Virus record (IMG/VR): IMGVR_UViG_3300032288_001980
Coordinates: 32,001 to 96,000 of that record
Strand: one strand, 5' to 3'
DNA: 64,000 nt
From: a virus
The notes beneath the pieces are model-generated. The model saw only the letters and a list, made by a program, of their open reading frames with translations, was not told the origin of the DNA and did not search any database. Shown here in pieces: positions 47,510-57,054 of this stretch. Made by a program: the position numbers and the translations under genes. How positions within the stretch are numbered: position 1 is the stretch's first letter; each line of letters starts with the position of its first letter.

Positions 47510-48411
47510 ATAGAGTATTAGCCACAGAAGGCAACGGTATTTTTTATGAAACTGAATATGCTTTGCCCGATTGCGACGAAGATGGTATTCAAGTACGTGC
47601 TGTTATGACTGGTGTTTGTCGCAGTGATATTGATATGATGCAGGGCAACTTTGGTCCGTTGCCATTAGGTATGCAAGGTCACGAGGGACTAGCACAAGTA
47701 GAGAAAGTAGGAAAGTATGTCCAAGACGTCAAACCAGGAGACTACGTCGCAACCAGAGGCGAACCAGCATACGCAGATCGATATACCGTTCGCGCTAGAG
47801 AGTATGTTAAGGTTGCAGAGCCTTTACCAAGAAATATTTTGGAACCAGTGGCTTGCGGCATTAACGTGGTACAGCAACCCATACGCGAAATCGCAGAAAG
47901 ATCAGGACCAGGACGTAGACTATTAATTCTCGGTAGCGGCTTTCTTGCGTGGGTAGCATACAATACAATTAAACTTAACCATTTAGATTTTGAAATAACT
48001 GTAATTGGTTCCAGTAATCAAGAACTTTGGGGTCAAAGACTAACGTCATATTACGGTGGCAAGTTTGATGTTGTCATCGACCTAAGTAATAGAGATGATG
48101 TGTTTACACAAGACATTCTTCACAACGAAGCACTAATTGTATTTGGAGTTGAAAAAACTATTACCACTTCATTTAGCAATTTACTTTGGAAAGCCTGTAC
48201 TATTATGTTTCCTAGTCCCAGGACAGATGGCTTTTATAAATGTATGCAAGATGCCGCATACTGGGTAGAGATGGGTGATATTGTTGTTGACAGCTTCTGG
48301 TCTAAGGAGTATAATAGAGATACAGAGTGGCAACAAGCATTTACAGACGGTGTTACTAGGCCTGCTGGATACTCCAGAGGCTATATTAAATGGAATAATA
48401 ATGGCTCTTGA
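47506..48411 (+). CDS. Medium-chain (GroES-like) alcohol/polyol dehydrogenase
   Basis: GVCRSD, GHEG, PGDYV, LEPVAC, LILGSG; start set at the ATGA overlap 47506. Confidence 0.85.
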   Translation: MNRVLATEGNGIFYETEYALPDCDEDGIQVRAVMTGVCRSDIDMMQGNFGPLPLGMQGHEGLAQVEKVGKYVQDVKPGDYVATRGEPAYADRYTVRAREYVKVAEPLPRNILEPVACGINVVQQPIREIAERSGPGRRLLILGSGFLAWVAYNTIKLNHLDFEITVIGSSNQELWGQRLTSYYGGKFDVVIDLSNRDDVFTQDILHNEALIVFGVEKTITTSFSNLLWKACTIMFPSPRTDGFYKCMQDAAYWVEMGDIVVDSFWSKEYNRDTEWQQAFTDGVTRPAGYSRGYIKWNNNGS

Positions 48412-48934
48412 TACTGTAGAACGACAAGCGGTAACTTATTTTTTCGGTACTGAAGTAGAAAATACTGCTATGAAAGGTGAACCAACTTTGTTTGTAGTTG
48501 GAATTCAACCTGTTGATGTTATTGCTAAACATATCAACAAATACAATTTAAATGCCGGTAGGCCTTGCAGGCATGTTTATCTTGGAACTAGTCAGAGTTT
48601 TCATCCAGGGTCTGTTGACGAATGGCATGACTGGAATAAAATGATTTCCGAATTGTTGGATGCTGGCTACTGGGTTACATTGGACTTTGGTGTAGAGTAC
48701 GCAGAGGAACTACACGAAGATGGCTGGTGCGAAAACAATCGCTTTATTCCAATGATCAGTGTTAAACTTCCATACATTAAGTTATACAATTACAATGCTA
48801 CTCTAAAAATTGATGATGTTACTTGGGGACACAGTAATCCTGGAGTATGGTGTCACAGTTTACACGATTTAATGAACCGTTCAGTCTATACAGACTGGAA
48901 AGACTATGTAGGCGATACGCCTGTTGGAGAATAA
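48401..48934 (+). CDS. Hypothetical protein in the modification cluster
   Basis: FFGTEVENT...TLFVVG...TLKIDD...NPGVWCH; start set at ATG 48401. Confidence 0.75.
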   Translation: MALDTVERQAVTYFFGTEVENTAMKGEPTLFVVGIQPVDVIAKHINKYNLNAGRPCRHVYLGTSQSFHPGSVDEWHDWNKMISELLDAGYWVTLDFGVEYAEELHEDGWCENNRFIPMISVKLPYIKLYNYNATLKIDDVTWGHSNPGVWCHSLHDLMNRSVYTDWKDYVGDTPVGE

Positions 48935-48935
48935 T

Positions 48936-49304
48936 ATGCAACAAAGATGGATTTATGTAAAATTCCAAAAAGAAGGTATTCACAAATACCCAGCGGCTTT
49001 AACCGACCCTAACCTAGCTACAGGAGATCAATATGATGTTTCGTTTCTTGGTTATCCTCATCGCCACATTTTCCATTTCAGGGTGTGGATTACTGTTGTA
49101 CACGATGATAGGGACATCGAGTTCATCCAATTCAAGCGATGGCTCGAAAACCTCTACAACACAGGAACAATCCAACTCGACTACAAGAGTTGCGAAATGA
49201 TGGCCGATGACCTTTACCAACAAATTTCAACAAAGTATCCAGGACGCAGTGTCCGGATCGATATCTCAGAGGATGATGAAAATGGCGCATACATTGAATA
49301 CTAA
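48936..49304 (+). CDS. queD: QueD-like 6-pyruvoyl-tetrahydropterin synthase family protein (T-fold)
   Basis: EGIH, PHRHIFHF (HxH), RDIEFI, SCEMMA, ISEDDENGA; context with folE and queE. Confidence 0.65.
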   Translation: MQQRWIYVKFQKEGIHKYPAALTDPNLATGDQYDVSFLGYPHRHIFHFRVWITVVHDDRDIEFIQFKRWLENLYNTGTIQLDYKSCEMMADDLYQQISTKYPGRSVRIDISEDDENGAYIEY

Positions 49305-49599
49305 GCCTATGATTAAACCCATGATGAGCATGGATAATATTAAGTATGATTTACTTAAAATTGCAGAGCCATATGATGGCGTAATGTACGAAGGTAGTGG
49401 TTACCTTGTAGCAGATTTGTTTCATGCTTATTTGCGTGACCTGCAACGTGATCGTTTGATCTATGGCTATGACTTGCCAGAAGAACAATACAAAGAAAAC
49501 TCTGTTACGTTTGATGCTATTATCCAGCTGACAGAAGACCGTAGTCCCAAGAAGCTGAAAATTCACGTAGGCGTGTATAAGAGTGCTTGGAAAAACTAA
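49207..49599 (+). CDS. Hypothetical protein (true start probably downstream)
   Basis: ORF fills the gap between the QueD-like and GT genes. Confidence 0.6.
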   Translation: MTFTNKFQQSIQDAVSGSISQRMMKMAHTLNTKPMIKPMMSMDNIKYDLLKIAEPYDGVMYEGSGYLVADLFHAYLRDLQRDRLIYGYDLPEEQYKENSVTFDAIIQLTEDRSPKKLKIHVGVYKSAWKN

Positions 49600-50678
49600 T
49601 GGCTAATGTATTTTTAGTTGATCTTGAACCTGTAGAAACAAGGTACACGGGTCAGTGGAAATCTCATGTACCTGAACTACTAAGAAAGGCTGGCCACAAT
49701 GTTCAAATTTTATCTGGTCCTACGGATATTCCTAGTGCAACCACTCCTGGTGCTTTTCTTAACTTTGGCGGCACTAACATCTATAAGTCTTTACAAGTTG
49801 AAGGAATGGGTCGTTTATTCTGCTCCGGAGCAATTAAGCCTGGCGATCATTTTTTGTTTACTGATGCTTGGCATCCTGGCATCATAAACTTAAAATACAT
49901 GAGTGAACTGTTACAGATACCTGTAACTATTCACGCATTGTGGCATGCTGGTAGTTATGATCCACAGGACTTTTTAGGTCGCCTTATTGGCGATGCTAAA
50001 TGGGTAAGGCATGCAGAGATTAGCTTCTTTAGTGCCATTGATCACAACTACTTTGCTACACAATTTCACATTCAAATGTTTGCCGATGTTTTTGCTGATG
50101 GCGCCGACTGGTGGATCAAAGAACAGCTAATGACTGGTAAAATTGTACGCAGTGGCTGGCCTATGGAGTACTTAGACGAAACCCTGTCTACGTTTAAAGA
50201 TATTATCAAAGAAGATATTATTTTATTCCCTCATCGTATTGCTCCAGAAAAACAATTAAACATTTTTAAAGACTTGGCCGACGCTATGCCTGAGTACCAA
50301 TGGATAGTTGCACAAGAACATCAATTAACTAAACAACAGTATCACGAACTGTTAGGTCGTAGTAGAATTGTGTTTAGTGCTAACTTACAAGAAACTCTGG
50401 GCATTAGTTGTTACGAAGCATTGTGTGTTAATGCTTTCCCAATGGTACCAAATAGACTTAGCTATACAGAAATGTATCCCAATGTGTTTAAGTATGATTC
50501 CCGTTGGACTGAAAGTTTTGACAGTTACTTAAACTACAAAGACAGGATGATTGAATATATTAGAAAGACCATGAACGAAATGAAAGGTCAAGGGCATTTA
50601 GAATCTATTGTGCAGTCTAAGAATATTATTAAAAATAATTTCTTTACAGCATCTGCTATCTTAGGAAATATAAAATGA
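49599..50678 (+). CDS. GT-B glycosyltransferase
   Basis: FPHRIAPEKQL and SANLQETLGISCYEA (ExFG-like GT4 motif), PNRLSYTEM. Confidence 0.8.
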   Translation: MANVFLVDLEPVETRYTGQWKSHVPELLRKAGHNVQILSGPTDIPSATTPGAFLNFGGTNIYKSLQVEGMGRLFCSGAIKPGDHFLFTDAWHPGIINLKYMSELLQIPVTIHALWHAGSYDPQDFLGRLIGDAKWVRHAEISFFSAIDHNYFATQFHIQMFADVFADGADWWIKEQLMTGKIVRSGWPMEYLDETLSTFKDIIKEDIILFPHRIAPEKQLNIFKDLADAMPEYQWIVAQEHQLTKQQYHELLGRSRIVFSANLQETLGISCYEALCVNAFPMVPNRLSYTEMYPNVFKYDSRWTESFDSYLNYKDRMIEYIRKTMNEMKGQGHLESIVQSKNIIKNNFFTASAILGNIK

Positions 50679-50917
50679 TTGATAAGGAAATAACTTTGTT
50701 AACTTTAGAACTTAAATCTTATGTTGATCACATAAATTCCGTTATGGAAAAATTACATAAGAAAAATTGTGAAGTCAGAATCAGTTATAAAGATGCCAGT
50801 GGTGAAAAGGCGCCCAGTATAGAACTGTGGCGTGTTATTGAGCACAATGATTATCTTAAAAGTTCTGCTCCTGCAGATTCACCCAAAGACTTTATAACAG
50901 AACTATCAAAATTCTAA
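50675..50917 (+). CDS. Hypothetical protein
   Basis: 80 aa, ATGA-coupled. Confidence 0.7.
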   Translation: MIDKEITLLTLELKSYVDHINSVMEKLHKKNCEVRISYKDASGEKAPSIELWRVIEHNDYLKSSAPADSPKDFITELSKF

Positions 50918-50921
50918 CAAG

Positions 50922-51392
50922 ATGATATTCAGTAAAGCAAGAGAACTAAAAGAGCAGGGCTATAAGATTGGCATTACTTTTAGCCAATTTGATATGTTAC
51001 ATGCTGGCCATATTGCTATGTTGGCCGAAGCCAAAACTCACTGCGATTATCTAATTGCCGGACTGCAAAATAATGCACAATGGGATCGCCCTGAAAAGAA
51101 CGAACCAATTCAAAGTATTGTAGAACGGCAAATCCAATTGGCTGCTGTGCGCTATGTGGATGAAATTGTTGTGTATAATACCGAACAAGATTTAGTAGAC
51201 CTATTGCTTATTTTACCTTTAGATGTTAGAATACTTGGTGTAGAATATGCACACAGAGATTTTACTGGTAAAGACGAATGTCATGCCCGTGGAATTGAAT
51301 TGATCTTTAATGGTAGAGATCACAGCTTCAGTAGTAGCAGTTTGCGTAGGCGTGTAGCAGAAGCTGAAAATTTTAGAAATACTGTTAAATAA
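50922..51392 (+). CDS. Cytidylyltransferase (TagD/glycerol-3-phosphate CTase-like)
   Basis: FDMLHAGH (HxGH), IVERQIQL...YVDEI, RDHSFSSSSLR. Confidence 0.85.
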   Translation: MIFSKARELKEQGYKIGITFSQFDMLHAGHIAMLAEAKTHCDYLIAGLQNNAQWDRPEKNEPIQSIVERQIQLAAVRYVDEIVVYNTEQDLVDLLLILPLDVRILGVEYAHRDFTGKDECHARGIELIFNGRDHSFSSSSLRRRVAEAENFRNTVK

Positions 51393-51451
51393 GATTGCTA
51401 CACAAAGGTAGCAAATTTCAAATTTAACATCCGCGTAAGGAAGGATACACT

Positions 51452-52132
51452 ATGTCATATAACAAGACGAAAACCGACCCAGATTTGGGTAAACAAGTAC
51501 ACGAACATTTAGTTAAAATGGGCGTTGAGACTCCTACATTTCATACATCACTAGACCGCAAAGATAAAATTGCAGAGATTGAAAAGCATTTCAGTCATAT
51601 TATGCAAGTTCTTGGTTTAGATTTAGAAGATGATAGCCTTATGGAAACACCCAAGCGTGTTGCCAAGATGTATGTCAACGAAATCTTCTGGGGTCTAGAC
51701 TATGATGCTTTCCCAAAATGCACTACAGTAGACAACAAGATGAAGTATGACGAGATGGTCATTGAACGCAATGTCAATGTTCAAAGCAACTGCGAACATC
51801 ACTTTGTTGTGATTGATGGTGTGGCCACTGTTGCTTATATTCCCAAGCAGAAGGTTCTAGGCCTAAGTAAGATTAATCGTATTGTAGAATACTTTAGCAA
51901 GCGTCCTCAAATTCAAGAACGTCTAACAGAGCAGATTTATCATGCACTAAGCTACATTCTAGAAACAGATAACGTAGCAGTGGTTATTGATGCACAGCAT
52001 TATTGTGTGAAGTCGCGTGGCGTTGAAGATACTGGCAGTTCAACTGTTACCAGCAAGCTAGGCGGCTGTTTTAAAAATGAACCTGCTGTTCGAGCAGAGT
52101 TTATGAACATTGTTAATAACTGTGTGAGATAA
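51452..52132 (+). CDS. folE: GTP cyclohydrolase I
   Basis: ETPKRVAKMY, SNCEHHF, GLSKINRIV, QIQERLTEQI, HYCVKSRGV. Confidence 0.95.
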   Translation: MSYNKTKTDPDLGKQVHEHLVKMGVETPTFHTSLDRKDKIAEIEKHFSHIMQVLGLDLEDDSLMETPKRVAKMYVNEIFWGLDYDAFPKCTTVDNKMKYDEMVIERNVNVQSNCEHHFVVIDGVATVAYIPKQKVLGLSKINRIVEYFSKRPQIQERLTEQIYHALSYILETDNVAVVIDAQHYCVKSRGVEDTGSSTVTSKLGGCFKNEPAVRAEFMNIVNNCVR

Positions 52133-52134
52133 AA

Positions 52135-52644
52135 ATGGCTGACCCGATAGATGACTTAGCAGACATCTCATTTGAGTGGTCTAGCGATGATGCTACGATG
52201 ACAACTATTGACTTGTCAGGACTTACAGCCAGTGGCACTTGTCCTACTACTATGGCATCCACATATCCTTCTGGCAATGTAACCATTGCGTCTAGTAGTA
52301 CTACCAGTACCACCCTTGGTCCAATATACAGTATCGGTAGTGTCGGTAATTTAGGTATTGGTGCCCAGGGATCTACAATTAACAGTGGCTATACAATTAG
52401 TACTAGCCAAGGATGGAATGGCACGTTTGCTGGGGATCAACCTAAATTATCCATAGATGCCAAAGAAGAGGGAGTGTTTTTTAAAACAGAAAAACATAAC
52501 GTTAATTGGGATGAACTAATTGACGATATTAACTCTATTAAACGTGCGTTTTTGGCTATGAACGCTAATGACGAACTAATGGAAAAGTATCCAGAAATTC
52601 GTGACATGTTGTCCGAGTGGCTAATAAGAGGACTAAGCAAATGA
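52135..52644 (+). CDS. Hypothetical protein with an S/T/G-rich segment
   Basis: 169 aa in the operon. Confidence 0.7.
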   Translation: MADPIDDLADISFEWSSDDATMTTIDLSGLTASGTCPTTMASTYPSGNVTIASSSTTSTTLGPIYSIGSVGNLGIGAQGSTINSGYTISTSQGWNGTFAGDQPKLSIDAKEEGVFFKTEKHNVNWDELIDDINSIKRAFLAMNANDELMEKYPEIRDMLSEWLIRGLSK

Positions 52645-53228
52645 AAAAGATTTATATAGACGACAAACAATTAAAAAGTTACGTAGCTAATCTGGCTAGG
52701 CAAATTACTATCTCTAGATGGAGGCCTGATTATATAGTGGGTCTAACCAGGGGTGGACTAGTGCCTGCAACAATGCTAAGTCATTGGTTACAAGTACCTA
52801 TGCATACTCTTAATGTTAGTTTAAGAGACGATTCGGGTATGGGCCCTGAAAGTAATCTTTGGATGGCCGAAGATGCCTTTGGCTATCCTAAGCCCGAGCG
52901 TTTTGTAGAAGATGAAAACGATATAGGTGCTGTGCTAGATGCGGCGGGCTCTCTGCTAGAAGAAGGCGACACATCAAAAAAGATACTTATTGTCGATGAT
53001 ATCAACGACAGCGGTGCAACATTTAATTGGATTAAAGAAGATTGGCAAAGCGGTTGCTTGCCAAATGATCCTGATTGGAATTATGTTTGGCATCACAATG
53101 TACGTTTTGCTGTTGTAGTCAACAATGACTCTAGCGAATTTAAAAATGTCGACTACTCTGCACTTAACATAAACAAAGCAGAAGAAGATTCGTGGGTGGT
53201 ATTTCCATGGGAGAACTGGTGGGAATGA
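52641..53228 (+). CDS. Purine phosphoribosyltransferase (Gpt-like)
   Basis: IVGLTRGGLVPA, ILIVDDINDSGAT PRPP motif, WVVFPWE. Confidence 0.88.
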   Translation: MKKIYIDDKQLKSYVANLARQITISRWRPDYIVGLTRGGLVPATMLSHWLQVPMHTLNVSLRDDSGMGPESNLWMAEDAFGYPKPERFVEDENDIGAVLDAAGSLLEEGDTSKKILIVDDINDSGATFNWIKEDWQSGCLPNDPDWNYVWHHNVRFAVVVNNDSSEFKNVDYSALNINKAEEDSWVVFPWENWWE

Positions 53229-53413
53229 ACAATAATGTGTTACCAGGATCTAAGTGGTTTAGTTCCGATTGTCAAATATTTAAGGTAGAAATGGTCTACG
53301 AAAACAGTGCCGGAACATGGGTTACATATATTAATACAAAAACAGATCAAGTATACGACTGTTTAATTGAAGCATTTTTAAATAGATTTACAGAAAAGGC
53401 CAATGAAGGATGA
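53225..53413 (+). CDS. Small hypothetical protein
   Basis: ATGA-coupled 62 aa ORF. Confidence 0.65.
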   Translation: MNNNVLPGSKWFSSDCQIFKVEMVYENSAGTWVTYINTKTDQVYDCLIEAFLNRFTEKANEG

Positions 53414-53808
53414 TAATGAAAGATGATAAAATTTTTTCAGGTATTCCTGATAGTAAAGAAGATAGTACTGCCCCGTGGGACGATATGGTTTGGGAAGATT
53501 TTCACGTGGCAGTATACAAGGACAAATATCCTGTAAATCATGGGCACTTGCTGTTTGTGCCTAAATACAATACTGTTAGTATCCTAATGGATGCTTTTGA
53601 AGATGCTGTTAATCACGGTAAGAAAATGGTCAAAGACGGACAATGGGACGGTTTCAATATTGGTATGAATTATGGTTCTGCGTCTGGACAAACAGTTAAT
53701 TGGCCACATGTACATTTAATCCCTCGCTTTCATGGAGATTGTGAGGATCCAACCGGCGGCGTTAGGGGTGTTATTCCTGGCAAAGCCAATTATAAAAAGG
53801 CACCATAA
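53410..53808 (+). CDS. HIT-family hydrolase
   Basis: DKYPVNHGHLLFVPK, GFNIGMN...GQTVNWPHVHLIPR. Confidence 0.9.
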   Translation: MIMKDDKIFSGIPDSKEDSTAPWDDMVWEDFHVAVYKDKYPVNHGHLLFVPKYNTVSILMDAFEDAVNHGKKMVKDGQWDGFNIGMNYGSASGQTVNWPHVHLIPRFHGDCEDPTGGVRGVIPGKANYKKAP

Positions 53809-54038
53809 TGAGCGAAACATTCAATCTCAATACAAGGACTACAGTTGTTACTGACACACCTTCGTTTAAAATGACTATCAAAGTCAATGACATCAAAAGT
53901 CCTCCTAACCTAAAAGCCATTTATTTTATTAGAGAAGAATTTGACCTTAAAGGCGAACAAATTAATTCTAGTACATATGAATTCTTTCTTACACCAGATG
54001 AATTAAAATCTGTTGCTACAGCATTGGCTACAGTTTGA
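53808..54038 (+). CDS. Hypothetical protein
   Basis: 76 aa, coupled. Confidence 0.65.
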   Translation: MSETFNLNTRTTVVTDTPSFKMTIKVNDIKSPPNLKAIYFIREEFDLKGEQINSSTYEFFLTPDELKSVATALATV

Positions 54039-54063
54039 CTATTGCTAATTTATATTGTATAAT
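54035..54063 (+). promoter_or_regulatory. Sigma70-type promoter (leaderless)
   Basis: TTGACT-17-TATAAT, ATG 5 nt downstream. Confidence 0.75.
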
Positions 54064-54068
54064 GCAGT

Positions 54069-54452
54069 ATGGAAATCAATGATACTGTCGATCTCGCCGC
54101 CGATATTAAAAATTGTGCATGGATAGTGGAAAAAGTTCGCACTAACAAAACCTATGCACAAAATCTTTATGCGGCCTTGTGTAATATAATTTGGTTTAAG
54201 ACCAATGACTTTTGGCCGGCACTAACTGGTAACAATGAATGGAGTTGCAGTTGGCGATGGGCAGGAGGTTTTGTTGCTGAATTGGAGGATCAAGGCGGTG
54301 ATTACATGGATTGGTATTGCAGTGGTATCCGTGGTGACAAAGATGAAAATAAAGAGTTATACGTTGGTGAAGGTTATGTAACCAACGAAGTAGCAGATGA
54401 TTTAGCTAAAATTGGATGGAAATGGAAAGAATATGAAGATCAAGGTATCTGA
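54069..54452 (+). CDS. Hypothetical phage protein
   Basis: YAQNLYAALCN...WSCSWRWAGG...DYMDWYCSG motif. Confidence 0.8.
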   Translation: MEINDTVDLAADIKNCAWIVEKVRTNKTYAQNLYAALCNIIWFKTNDFWPALTGNNEWSCSWRWAGGFVAELEDQGGDYMDWYCSGIRGDKDENKELYVGEGYVTNEVADDLAKIGWKWKEYEDQGI

Positions 54453-55305
54453 GAAATTTTACAGTTTACAAGGCGAAGGAAGGTTTGTAGGAGTACCCAG
54501 TGTATTTTTACGAACCTTTGGTTGTAATTTTACCTGTGCAGGCTTTGGCTGTAAGCCTGGAGAAAAAAGTACAGGTGCAGACGAAATAGCACAAGTTGTT
54601 CATATGTACAACAAGTTCGAAGATTTGCCATTGGTAGAAACAGGCTGTGACAGTTATGCTAGTTGGCATCCGGACTTTAAGCACTTGAGCCCTAATTATG
54701 AAACTAGTGAGCTAGTTGATGCAATGCTGGCACTGACACCAAACGGTAAATGGGTGCAGGACAATGGCAATGATGTGCATCTTGTTATTACAGGCGGAGA
54801 GCCTTTGCTGGGTTGGCAACGTGCTTACGAAGAACTAATCAGTAATCCTCGTATGCGTGACTTACGCAATATTACATTTGAAACTAATGGTACTCAAAAA
54901 TTACAAAAAGGATTTAAAGACTTTTTGCAAGCATGGCAACAACCAGCACTAGGACAATCACAGACACAGTTTGTGACTTTTAGTGTTAGTGCCAAACTAA
55001 GTGCCAGCGGCGAGACATGGGAAGATGCTATTAGGCCTGAAGTAGTATGCGAATACGCCAGCATTGGTCATACTTATCTTAAGTTTGTTGTTGAAACAGA
55101 TGAGCATATCGAAGAAGCTAAACGTGCTACAAAAGAATTTAGGGATGCAGGATTTACAGGAGTAGTATATCTAATGCCGCAGGGAGGCATTGTTGCTCCG
55201 TATGACGCAAATAAAATTAGAATTGCTAATATCTGTGCGGAACAAGGATGGAACTACAGTCCCCGTTTACACGTTGACTTATGGGGTAACGGATGGGGCA
55301 AATGA
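54433..55305 (+). CDS. queE: 7-carboxy-7-deazaguanine synthase
   Basis: EKFYSLQGEGRFVGVPSVFLRTFGCNFTC...GCDS, ITGGEP, TFETNG, PRLHVDLW. Confidence 0.9.
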   Translation: MKIKVSEKFYSLQGEGRFVGVPSVFLRTFGCNFTCAGFGCKPGEKSTGADEIAQVVHMYNKFEDLPLVETGCDSYASWHPDFKHLSPNYETSELVDAMLALTPNGKWVQDNGNDVHLVITGGEPLLGWQRAYEELISNPRMRDLRNITFETNGTQKLQKGFKDFLQAWQQPALGQSQTQFVTFSVSAKLSASGETWEDAIRPEVVCEYASIGHTYLKFVVETDEHIEEAKRATKEFRDAGFTGVVYLMPQGGIVAPYDANKIRIANICAEQGWNYSPRLHVDLWGNGWGK

Positions 55306-55529
55306 TTCAAGAAACTCATAAACGTACATTAGCTAGAATGATCAGTTATAGATTAACTGCATGGTCATTTACTATTTTTTATACTTGGTTGTTCACTGGT
55401 AACATTGGAACCGCTACCGGTTTTGCTACACTATTACATATACTGTTAAGTATCGACTATTACTTTCATGAACGTATTTGGTTAAAAATTAAATGGGGTC
55501 TCAAATCCGATGATGTACCAAGACAGTGA
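55302..55529 (+). CDS. DUF2061-like small membrane protein
   Basis: ETHKRTLARMISYR...YYFHERIWLKIKWG. Confidence 0.7.
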   Translation: MIQETHKRTLARMISYRLTAWSFTIFYTWLFTGNIGTATGFATLLHILLSIDYYFHERIWLKIKWGLKSDDVPRQ

Positions 55530-55758
55530 AGTCCAATCATACGATTACTTTTGGGAACGAGCAGATTGGACTTACAAATTTGCACTAATTCCAAAACGTT
55601 GCGCCAAAACCAATAAATGGATGTGGATGCAAACAGTAGCACAGGCCCATAGAATGTATACTGGACCAGGCGATCCAATTCATGAATATAGATATATTGA
55701 CAAAAATGAGTTCTTTATGTTACAATTACAGGGAGGACTGAAAAATGGCATTCGTTGA
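55510..55758 (+). CDS. Hypothetical protein
   Basis: 82 aa, Trp-rich. Confidence 0.65.
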   Translation: MMYQDSEVQSYDYFWERADWTYKFALIPKRCAKTNKWMWMQTVAQAHRMYTGPGDPIHEYRYIDKNEFFMLQLQGGLKNGIR

Positions 55759-56071
55759 TAAAATTAAACGTTTCTTTAAAAAGAAAGAAGAAACCCGTAG
55801 TGAAAAAGACCAAGCTACACTTAAAGGTGAGCCTTGGGTTAAAGTAGTTAAAGTTGATGTTGATCCGGAAAATCCAAATCAAGGCTTTTTTGAACTTGAC
55901 TGGAACGATCATTTTGTTACAATGCTAAGTAGGGCAGGGTATCAGGGTTCTACTCCTGACATTATTGTTGACGCTTGGTTCAATGATTTGTGCAACAGTA
56001 TTGCTCGCAGTACTATTGAAGAAGAAAAGTTTATAGCTGACGCAGATGTTCTGCAAAAACGTAAAGGTTAA
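55745..56071 (+). CDS. Hypothetical phage protein
   Basis: GEPWVKV...GFFELDWN...WFNDLC. Confidence 0.75.
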   Translation: MAFVDKIKRFFKKKEETRSEKDQATLKGEPWVKVVKVDVDPENPNQGFFELDWNDHFVTMLSRAGYQGSTPDIIVDAWFNDLCNSIARSTIEEEKFIADADVLQKRKG

Positions 56072-56073
56072 AA

Positions 56074-57054
56074 ATGACTTATATCCTAGTCGATGCTAGT
56101 AATATGTTTTTTCGTGCTCGCCACGTTGTTAGGGGAGACGACCCTGAAACTAAAGTAGGCATGGCTTACCATATTATGTTTGCCAGTATTAATAAGGTAT
56201 GGCGAGACTTCCAGGGTAAACACGTTATCTTCTGTTTCGAAGGTCGCTCGTGGCGCAAAGATGTTTATCCTGCTTATAAGGCCAATCGTGCGGCTGCTCG
56301 TGCCGCACTAACTGAAAGAGAAGCCGAAGAAGATAAAATGTTTTGGGAAGCCTTTGATCAGTTCAAACAGTTTCTAACAGAAAAGACTAACTGCACTACA
56401 CTTCGACACGAAAATTGTGAAGCAGATGATTTTATTGCTCGCTGGATTCAAAATCATCCCGAAGCCGAACATGTGATAGTCAGTAGCGACAGCGACTTTT
56501 ATCAGTTACTGGCTACCAATGTAAAACAGTACAACGGTATTACCAAAGAAACAATTACTGTTGATGGTATTTTCGACGACAAAGGTCGCCCCGTACTAGA
56601 TAAAAAAACTAAAACTCCCAAAGTAGTCGAAGATCCGCAATGGCTTCTTTTCGAGAAGTGTATGCGTGGCGATACTAGCGATAATGTCTTTAGTGCTTAT
56701 CCAGGTGTGCGTGAAAAAGGTACCAAAAATAAAGTTGGCCTGCGTGAAGCCTTTGCCGACAGAACTGACAAAGGCTATAATTGGAACAATCTCATGCTTC
56801 AGCGTTGGACCGACCACGACGGTAAAGAACACAGGGTTCGTGATCGATATGAAGAAAATAAACGCATTATCGACTTGACACAACAGCCCGATAACATTAA
56901 ACTAGCACTGGATACAACTATTGCAGAATGCTTGCAAAAAGAGCCTAAACGACAAGTAGGTGTAGAGTTTTTGAGATTCTGTGGTAAATGGGACTTACAA
57001 GAAATTGCCAAGCGACCAGATGATCATGTAAATTATTTGAATGCAAAATATTAA
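56074..57054 (+). CDS. 5'-3' exonuclease / T4 RNase H-like flap nuclease
   Basis: ILVDASN, FEGRSWRK, EADD, SSDSDFYQ, GDTSDNV. Confidence 0.88.
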   Translation: MTYILVDASNMFFRARHVVRGDDPETKVGMAYHIMFASINKVWRDFQGKHVIFCFEGRSWRKDVYPAYKANRAAARAALTEREAEEDKMFWEAFDQFKQFLTEKTNCTTLRHENCEADDFIARWIQNHPEAEHVIVSSDSDFYQLLATNVKQYNGITKETITVDGIFDDKGRPVLDKKTKTPKVVEDPQWLLFEKCMRGDTSDNVFSAYPGVREKGTKNKVGLREAFADRTDKGYNWNNLMLQRWTDHDGKEHRVRDRYEENKRIIDLTQQPDNIKLALDTTIAECLQKEPKRQVGVEFLRFCGKWDLQEIAKRPDDHVNYLNAKY

